This document shows positions 56,777 through 64,000 of a stretch of 64,000 nt of DNA, in pieces. The notes below the pieces were generated by a model. The model had not been told where the DNA came from and searched no databases. It saw only the letters and a program-made list of their open reading frames with translations. Numbering within the stretch: position 1 is the stretch's first letter; every line of letters begins with the position of its first letter. The translations under genes were made by a program, and so were the position numbers. Source of the stretch: Epithemia pelagica (lineage: Eukaryota > Protista > Bacillariophyta); the NCBI GenBank assembly GCA_946965045.2, contig OX337242.1, forward strand, positions 744,001 to 808,000, in the 5' to 3' direction.

Positions 56777-57353
56777 ACTGTGATGTACTTATGGACTTAG
56801 AAGTAGATATATACAAATAATAGTACTTACCGATAGAGCTTTAAGTACGAAGAGAGGAGCTAAGGTACTTGATAGGGGTACTTAAGGTGCCGGTGAGGAG
56901 TAATGGTACTTGATAAGGGTACTTAAAGGATGAGGGTGAGGGAAGTGGTACTTCATTAAGGGTACTTAAGGTGGAAAAAAAAAGAGACGGTACTTGATGA
57001 AGAAGGCCTTGCGAAAAGTAAAGGAATTGGTATTGATCAAAGGAACTTGGACAAAGGCAAAGGCAAAAGTACTGAAAAAGTACCGTTTTGGCGAAAAATG
57101 GGTACTTGGTACTTCACAACCCTGATGTTCATTGATTTAGGGCAATGTTATTCTTTATCTACGTAGCTACTCCTAATTGTGATCGGTGTGCATCCTCAAT
57201 CCTCAGCCCTTCGTGTGCTATGCACTGCTATGTGACACAACAAACCAATGCACTGATAGAATGAAAAAATGAGATGGAGACAAACGACACACACACAACA
57301 TAGGATTAGCTACGATGAAGCTAGCCAAATAATGAGGATAAGCTGAAAACTCA

Positions 57354-57610
57354 AAACGGCAGATTGGAGCTAAACGGCAGATTGGAGCTAAACGGCAGAT
57401 CGGAGCTAAACGGCAGATCGGATCTAATCGGCAGATCGGAGCTAAACGGAAGAAAGGCGCTAAACGGAAGGAGCTACGAGAAAACACGTAGGATTTTGTA
57501 CTAGGAGGCGTTAAACGGCAGAAAGGCGCTAAACGGCAGAAAGGCGCTAAACGGCAGATCGGAGCTAAACGGCAGTCGGAGCTAATCGGCAGATCAGAGC
57601 TAAACGGTAG
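57354..57610 (+). repeat. 18-bp minisatellite in two blocks
   Basis: Unit AAACGGCAGA(T[TC]GGA/AAGGC)GCT, about 7 copies, then a spacer of about 35 bp, then about 5 copies. Confidence 0.9.
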
Positions 57611-59172
57611 AGCACGTAGTAAGTAGGACTGATCCATGACCATTTAATATCCCGGTTTGAATTTTTAGCTTGAGCCTTCTTAGCAATGATTCTGTCTTCT
57701 TTATGTGCTGATCCCCGAGTCGCTCACACCAACTCTATGTCTTGGGTCTTGGACAAATTTTTAAGCTCTGTAGCTACTAGTTCTGCGACTCAATCTTATT
57801 CGGTTGCTAATGAATGTTCTAGTTGTCTATTTGGATGCTAATTGATTGTATCTATAGTGGTCAACAGTTTAAGCTACAGTTCTACCTGTTACGAGCCACT
57901 GCTACGAGTGTCATCTTGTCGACGTTGCGGACCATCAGGCGCAAAAGGATGTTCCGATGACGCGGACAGGACCTACGTCACATTCATGACTCCTTTCGCA
58001 ATACATCCGCCCCCAATACCACGAATCCCCCCCCGTTTTTAGGAGACTCCATTTTTCTTCTGTTTCCAATCTTTCATGGAAGATTCTTTTAGACAGAGGA
58101 CAAAGTCGTCTGCAGGAGCTCTCATGAGGATACCCCATTGAAAAGCAGGGTCTTCTAGTTGGTTGCGAGTGTGGATCTACTGTTTCGAGAGATGGAGAGA
58201 GGAAGTGGATCCGTTCCAAACATGGTGGACGATGATGCCAGCAACCGACTGCCGACCGCGAACTCGAACGAAGCTTCTCCGGAAAGCGACAATGAGATAC
58301 AAGAGGCGACAGCCGCCTCAGCAACAGAAACGGATCCATCATCAATCGACGATAGCCTGGACGAGCTATCGTGTCCTCTGTCCTCGAAAAGTTGTGCTAG
58401 CCTTCCTGTTGAAAGAGATCTATCAAGCAGCAGGCCAGATCAATAGCGGGTGCGCCTGCTTGGCCTATGCCAACTCAAGCCTTCCCAGTGCTGGGTTTTA
58501 GACATAGCTGCTCTACTACGCTGGCTGGCTAGCTGGGGCATGCATGCTCCTGCTGGTGGTGTTGGGCTTGCTCAGGATTTCCATGAGGGATGCACGGGTG
58601 ATCGATGGCAATGGCAGCATCAAAGATACGTCGAATCTGTGTGGGAACGCGCTGGGGGCAACGGTATTGCTCCTCCCTTGCCCCAGTCTCGGGGATTGGC
58701 TCGCTTTGTGCTACTGCACGAGCGAAGTCACCTCCAGTTGTTACAAACAAGTAAGTTCTCGTGATTCGATAGACAGACACCTTCCCTCCAGCCGCGGAAG
58801 CTTTTTTACACTTCCTTTTTGGATACCGGGACGGAAGCGATGAACGAAACGTTCTTGCTTGACGAACAAACCAAACGGTAGAACGATAAAGAAAAAGTTA
58901 TCCCACCGAAGAGGTGAAGCACGAAGTTTTGACGACACCAAGTAAGTTGGAGGAAGACGAGACCACCACGAACGAACTACGAAGCGTTCCCGATATAAAA
59001 AGTCGAGACGAAGAAACAAGGCAATACTAATAATGGAATACTATAGTATTGCTTTTCACTTTTCTTTCTTACTAATGATTATTCATTCATGACTATGATT
59101 GTTTTCTTTAACGTTTTACATGTTTATCCTCGACGAATCGACAAACGACCGAACTTTACTCTTGAGACGGAT

Positions 59173-59835
59173 TTAGAGGAAGGCAATCGCGACGGTAGCC
59201 AACATTCCGACGAACGCAAAGGACGATGCCTTGGCAGCGGTTGAACCGGCACTCGACATAGCTCGCGTTGGAACTGGTGTCGAGGCTTTTGTCGGAGCTT
59301 TTGTGGGTGATTTGGTCGGCGATGCAGACATCAAGGTGCACGTTCCGAGTCCCATACCGGGTTCGACCGTCGCGGCGGTATTGCTGCAGCAAGCAAAGGA
59401 AGGAGGGCCGGTGCATGAATACGGAGTCAATTGTCCGGTAAAAGCGTAATCACGCATACAAATTGCTTCGGGACTTTGACCGAGACGAGCCACGGGTGCG
59501 AGTGCTCCCGTTGGAATACAATCCATAATCCCATCACCGTCGGCATCGACGGCAGGATCGGTCTCAAGAACGTCTTTCGAGGCGGATGCTGCCATTTTGG
59601 TACACGTACCTAAAGCCATGCCGGGTTCGCGAGTATCGTCGCCATCGGTGCAACAGGCACCTGGGGTTGTACCAGTACACTCGTAGGGGGTCGTAGTGCC
59701 GACCCACACGTAATCACGCTAGCAGACCTCGTGAGACGCAATGGGGGTTGGAATACAATCCGTGAACAAGGCGTTGACAGAAGGGGTAGTGGAGATGGCG
59801 GCGATAGCGGCAATGGCGTAGATAGAGAGCTTCAT
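59173..59835 (-). pseudogene. Copy 1 of the Cys-rich surface protein, with a premature stop
   Basis: CAG to TAG at 59721-59719 (Gln39), plus A>T, K>M and G>A changes relative to copies 2 and 3. Confidence 0.85.
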
Positions 59836-61125
59836 GTTGTTAGTTGATCGTTTGGTTTGGTTTGTCGGTTGGTTATGAAATGGTATTTCGTAGCGTAAGT
59901 TTTAAAAATTGTGTGATAATCGATGGATTTTACTCTCCTCGGAGATCCCATACGGAGGATACTACTGGCGCGTTCAAAAAAAGAAAGTTCCCGGCATCGC
60001 AAGAACATATTATATGATCAGGACAAAGTTCTGTGGCCAGTGGCCATGTGTCCATTCCACAGTTTTCCCGATCAGTTCAACGAATTGGATCTTGAAAGGG
60101 AACTTATTTTAAACTTCGGCATAACATATATTTCAATAAAATATGTAGTGAAAAGTACTGGATCCGTTCCAAACATGGTGGACGATGATGCCAGCAACCG
60201 ACTGCCGACCGCGAACTCGAACGAAGCTTCTCCGGAAAGCGACAATGAGATACAAGAGGCGACAGCCGCCTCAGCAACAGAAACGGATCCATCATCAATC
60301 GACGATAGCCTGGACGAGCTATCGTGTCCTCTGTCCTCGAAAAGTTGTGCTAGCCTTCCTGTTGAAAGAGATCTATCAAGCAGCAGGCCAGATCAATAGC
60401 GGGTGCGCCTGCTTGGCCTATGCCAACTCAAGCCTTCCCAGTGCTGGGTTTTAGACATAGCTGCTCTACTACGCTGGCTGGCTAGCTGGGGCATGCATGC
60501 TCCTGCTGGTGGTGTTGGGCTTGCTCAGGATTTCCATGAGGGATGCACGGGTGATCGATGGCAATGGCAGAATCAAAGATACGTCGAATCTGTGTGGGAA
60601 CGCGCTGGGGGCAACGGTATTGCTCCTCCCTTGCCCCAGTCTCGGGGATTGGCTCGCTTTGTGCTACTGCACGAGCGAAGTCACCTCCAGTTGTTACAAA
60701 CAAGTAAGTTCTCGTGATTCGATAGACAGACACCTTCCCTCCAGCCGCGGAAGCTTTTTTACACTTCCTTTTTGGATACCGGGACGGAAGCGATGAACGA
60801 AACGTTCTTGCTTGACGAACAAACCAAACGGTAGAACGATAAAGAAAAAGTTATCCCACCGAAGAGGTGAAGCACGAAGTTTTGACGACACCAAGTAAGT
60901 TGGAGGAAGACGAGACCACCACGAACGAACTACGAAGCGTTCCCGATATAAAAAGTCGAGACGAAGAAACAAGGCAATACTAATAATGGAATACTATAGT
61001 ATTGCTTTTCACTTTTCTTTCTTACTAATGATTATTCATTCATGACTATGATTGTTTTCTTTAACGTTTTACATGTTTATCCTCGACGAATCGACAAACG
61101 ACCGAACTTTACTCTTGAGACGGAT

Positions 61126-61788
61126 TTAGAGGAAGGCAATCGCGACGGTAGCCAACATTCCGACGAACGCAAAGGACGATGCCTTGGCAGCGGTTGAACC
61201 GGCACTCGACATAGCTCGCGTTGGAACTGGTGTCGAGGCTTTTGTCGGAGCTTTTGTGGGTGATTTGGTCGGCGATGCAGACATCAAGGTGCACGTTCCG
61301 AGTCCCATACCGGGTTCGACCGTCGCGGCGGTATTGCTGCAGCAAGCAAAGGAAGGAGGGCCGGTGCATGAATACGGAGTCAATTGTCCGGTAAAACCGT
61401 AATCACGCTTACAAATTGCTTCGGGACTTTGACCGAGACGAGCCACGGGTGCGAGTGCTCCCGTTGGAATACAATCCATAATCCCATCACCGTCGGCATC
61501 GACGGCAGGATCGGTCTCAAGAACGTCTTTCGAGGCGGATGCTGCCATTTTGGTACACGTACCTAAAGCCATGCCGGGTTCGCGAGTATCGTCGCCATCG
61601 GTGCAACAGGCACCTGGGGTTGCACCAGTACACTCGTAGGGGGTCGTAGTGCCGACCCACACGTAATCACGCTGGCAGACCTCGTGAGACGCAATGGGGG
61701 TTGGAATACAATCCGTGAACAAGGCGTTGACAGAAGGGGTAGTGGAGATGGCGGCGATAGCGGCAATGGCGTAGATAGAGAGCTTCAT
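61126..61788 (-). CDS. Secreted Cys-rich, probably GPI-anchored protein (220 aa), copy 2
   Basis: Signal peptide; two 6-Cys repeats (DCIP..CxRDY..TPYxCTG..ACC..EPGMxLGTC) linked by DADGDG; PT-rich stalk SPTKSPTKAPT; hydrophobic C-terminus with no cytosolic tail. Confidence 0.88.
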   Translation of the reverse strand: MKLSIYAIAAIAAISTTPSVNALFTDCIPTPIASHEVCQRDYVWVGTTTPYECTGATPGACCTDGDDTREPGMALGTCTKMAASASKDVLETDPAVDADGDGIMDCIPTGALAPVARLGQSPEAICKRDYGFTGQLTPYSCTGPPSFACCSNTAATVEPGMGLGTCTLMSASPTKSPTKAPTKASTPVPTRAMSSAGSTAAKASSFAFVGMLATVAIAFL

Positions 61789-63078
61789 GTTGTTAGTTGA
61801 TCGTTTGGTTTGGTTTGTCGGTTGGTTATGAAATGGTATTTCGTAGCGTAAGTTTTAAAAATTGTGTGATAATCGATGGATTTTACTCTCCTCGGAGATC
61901 CCATACGGAGGATACTACTGGCGCGTTCAAAAAAAGAAAGTTCCCGGCATCGCAAGAACATATTATATGATCAGGACAAAGTTCTGTGGCCAGTGGCCAT
62001 GTGTCCATTCCACAGTTTTCCCGATCAGTTCAACGAATTGGATCTTGAAAGGGAACTTATTTTAAACTTCGGCATAACATATATTTCAATAAAATATGTA
62101 GTGAAAAGTACTGGATCCGTTCCAAACATGGTGGACGATGATGCCAGCAACCGACTGCCGACCGCGAACTCGAACGAAGCTTCTCCGGAAAGCGACAATG
62201 AGATACAAGAGGCGACAGCCGCCTCAGCAACAGAAACGGATCCATCATCAATCGACGATAGCCTGGACGAGCTATCGTGTCCTCTGTCCTCGAAAAGTTG
62301 TGCTAGCCTTCCTGTTGAAAGAGATCTATCAAGCAGCAGGCCAGATCAATAGCGGGTGCGCCTGCTTGGCCTATGCCAACTCAAGCCTTCCCAGTGCTGG
62401 GTTTTAGACATAGCTGCTCTACTACGCTGGCTGGCTAGCTGGGGCATGCATGCTCCTGCTGGTGGTGTTGGGCTTGCTCAGGATTTCCATGAGGGATGCA
62501 CGGGTGATCGATGGCAATGGCAGCATCAAAGATACGTCGAATCTGTGTGGGAACGCGCTGGGGGCAACGGTATTGCTCCTCCCTTGCCCCAGTCTCGGGG
62601 ATTGGCTCGCTTTGTGCTACTGCACGAGCGAAGTCACCTCCAGTTGTTACAAACAAGTAAGTTCTCGTGATTCGATAGACAGACACCTTCCCTCCAGCCG
62701 CGGAAGCTTTTTTACACTTCCTTTTTGGATACCGGGACGGAAGCGATGAACGAAACGTTCTTGCTTGACGAACAAACCAAACGGTAGAACGATAAAGAAA
62801 AAGTTATCCCACCGAAGAGGTGAAGCACGAAGTTTTGACGACACCAAGTAAGTTGGAGGAAGACGAGACCACCACGAACGAACTACGAAGCGTTCCCGAT
62901 ATAAAAAGTCGAGACGAAGAAACAAGGCAATACTAATAATGGAATACTATAGTATTGCTTTTCACTTTTCTTTCTTACTAATGATTATTCATTCATGACT
63001 ATGATTGTTTTCTTTAACGTTTTACATGTTTATCCTCGACGAATCGACAAACGACCGAACTTTACTCTTGAGACGGAT

Positions 63079-63741
63079 TTAGAGGAAGGCAATCGCGACG
63101 GTAGCCAACATTCCGACGAACGCAAAGGACGATGCCTTGGCAGCGGTTGAACCGGCACTCGACATAGCTCGCGTTGGAACTGGTGTCGAGGCTTTTGTCG
63201 GAGCTTTTGTGGGTGATTTGGTCGGCGATGCAGACATCAAGGTGCACGTTCCGAGTCCCATACCGGGTTCGACCGTCGCGGCGGTATTGCTGCAGCAAGC
63301 AAAGGAAGGAGGGCCGGTGCATGAATACGGAGTCAATTGTCCGGTAAAACCGTAATCACGCTTACAAATTGCTTCGGGACTTTGACCGAGACGAGCCACG
63401 GGTGCGAGTGCTCCCGTTGGAATACAATCCATAATCCCATCACCGTCGGCATCGACGGCAGGATCGGTCTCAAGAACGTCTTTCGAGGCGGATGCTGCCA
63501 TTTTGGTACACGTACCTAAAGCCATGCCGGGTTCGCGAGTATCGTCGCCATCGGTGCAACAGGCACCTGGGGTTGCACCAGTACACTCGTAGGGGGTCGT
63601 AGTGCCGACCCACACGTAATCACGCTGGCAGACCTCGTGAGACGCAATGGGGGTTGGAATACAATCCGTGAACAAGGCGTTGACAGAAGGGGTAGTGGAG
63701 ATGGCGGCGATAGCGGCAATGGCGTAGATAGAGAGCTTCAT
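63079..63741 (-). CDS. Secreted Cys-rich, probably GPI-anchored protein (220 aa), copy 3
   Basis: Translation identical to copy 2. Confidence 0.88.
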   Translation of the reverse strand: MKLSIYAIAAIAAISTTPSVNALFTDCIPTPIASHEVCQRDYVWVGTTTPYECTGATPGACCTDGDDTREPGMALGTCTKMAASASKDVLETDPAVDADGDGIMDCIPTGALAPVARLGQSPEAICKRDYGFTGQLTPYSCTGPPSFACCSNTAATVEPGMGLGTCTLMSASPTKSPTKAPTKASTPVPTRAMSSAGSTAAKASSFAFVGMLATVAIAFL

Positions 63742-64000
63742 GTTGTTAGTTGATCGTTTGGTTTGGTTTGTCGGTTGGTTATGAAATGCTATTTCGTAGC
63801 GTAAGTTTTAAAAATTGTGTGATAATCGATGGATTTTACTCTCCTCGGAGATCCCATACGGAGGATACTACTGGCGCGTTCAAAAAAAGAAAGTTCCCGG
63901 CATCGCAAGAACATATTATATGATCAGGACAAAGTTCTGTGGCCAGTGGCCATGTGTCCATTCCACAGTTTTCCCGATCAGTTCAACGAATTGGATCTTG

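Larger units (their letters stand above)
50394..57124 (-). mobile_element. Autonomous-looking hAT transposon, 6,731 bp, carrying a DNA glycosylase gene
   Basis: Perfect 16-bp TIR CAGGGTTGTGAAGTAC (50394-50409; reverse complement at 57109-57124), perfect 8-bp TSD ATGTTCAT (50386-50393, 57125-57132), GTAC-rich subterminal regions and two intact convergent ORFs. Confidence 0.97.
58206..64000. repeat. Tandem array of near-identical 1,953-bp units (about 3 copies; runs off the window end)
   Basis: Units start at 58206, 60159 and 62112 (TGGATCCGTTCCAAACATGG...). All ORFs recur at +1953. Confidence 0.97.

Noticed and set aside
57354-57610. CRISPR-like array
   Set aside because: Units are directly adjacent with no unique spacers, the context is eukaryotic and there are no cas genes.
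61126-61788. Frustulin or silaffin annotation for the array protein
   Set aside because: It lacks the frustulin acidic Cys repeat pattern as I recall it and the Lys/Ser-rich silaffin repeats.
1-64000. tRNA or rRNA genes
   Set aside because: No cloverleaf with A/B boxes or rRNA-like segment was recognised by eye; tRNAscan-SE or Infernal would be needed to exclude them.

Overview
Eukaryotic nuclear DNA, most likely from a pennate diatom. This is inferred from short GT-AG introns, bipartite ASAFAP-type plastid presequences, a nucleus-encoded plastid L10 and a diatom-type CxxC/H/C protein family. Housekeeping genes are TFIIE-alpha, a gluconokinase-like kinase, TrmH, a P450, organellar LeuRS, a ROK fructokinase, an ankyrin protein, PP2C and rplJ. 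They are interleaved with a mobile or accessory island (about 10-24 kb) and a second one (about 49.5-64 kb). Main observations: (1) an apparently intact 6,731-bp hAT transposon (perfect 16-bp TIRs, 8-bp TSD) carrying a convergent endonuclease III/HhH-GPD DNA glycosylase gene; (2) a 6,153-bp CAC-ended transposon with a RAG1/Transib/Chapaev-like DDE transposase, a 3-bp TSD, bipartite TIRs whose spacers differ by 11 bp, and two unknown cargo ORFs; (3) a spliced gene fusing a kinesin-4 motor to a PRC1/MAP65/Ase1 domain; (4) an in-frame LeuRS::P450 chimera; (5) a 1,953-bp tandem array encoding a Cys-rich, probably GPI-anchored surface protein; (6) a PIF/Harbinger element and a Crinkler-like gene. 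All family assignments come from motif recognition by eye; no searches were run.
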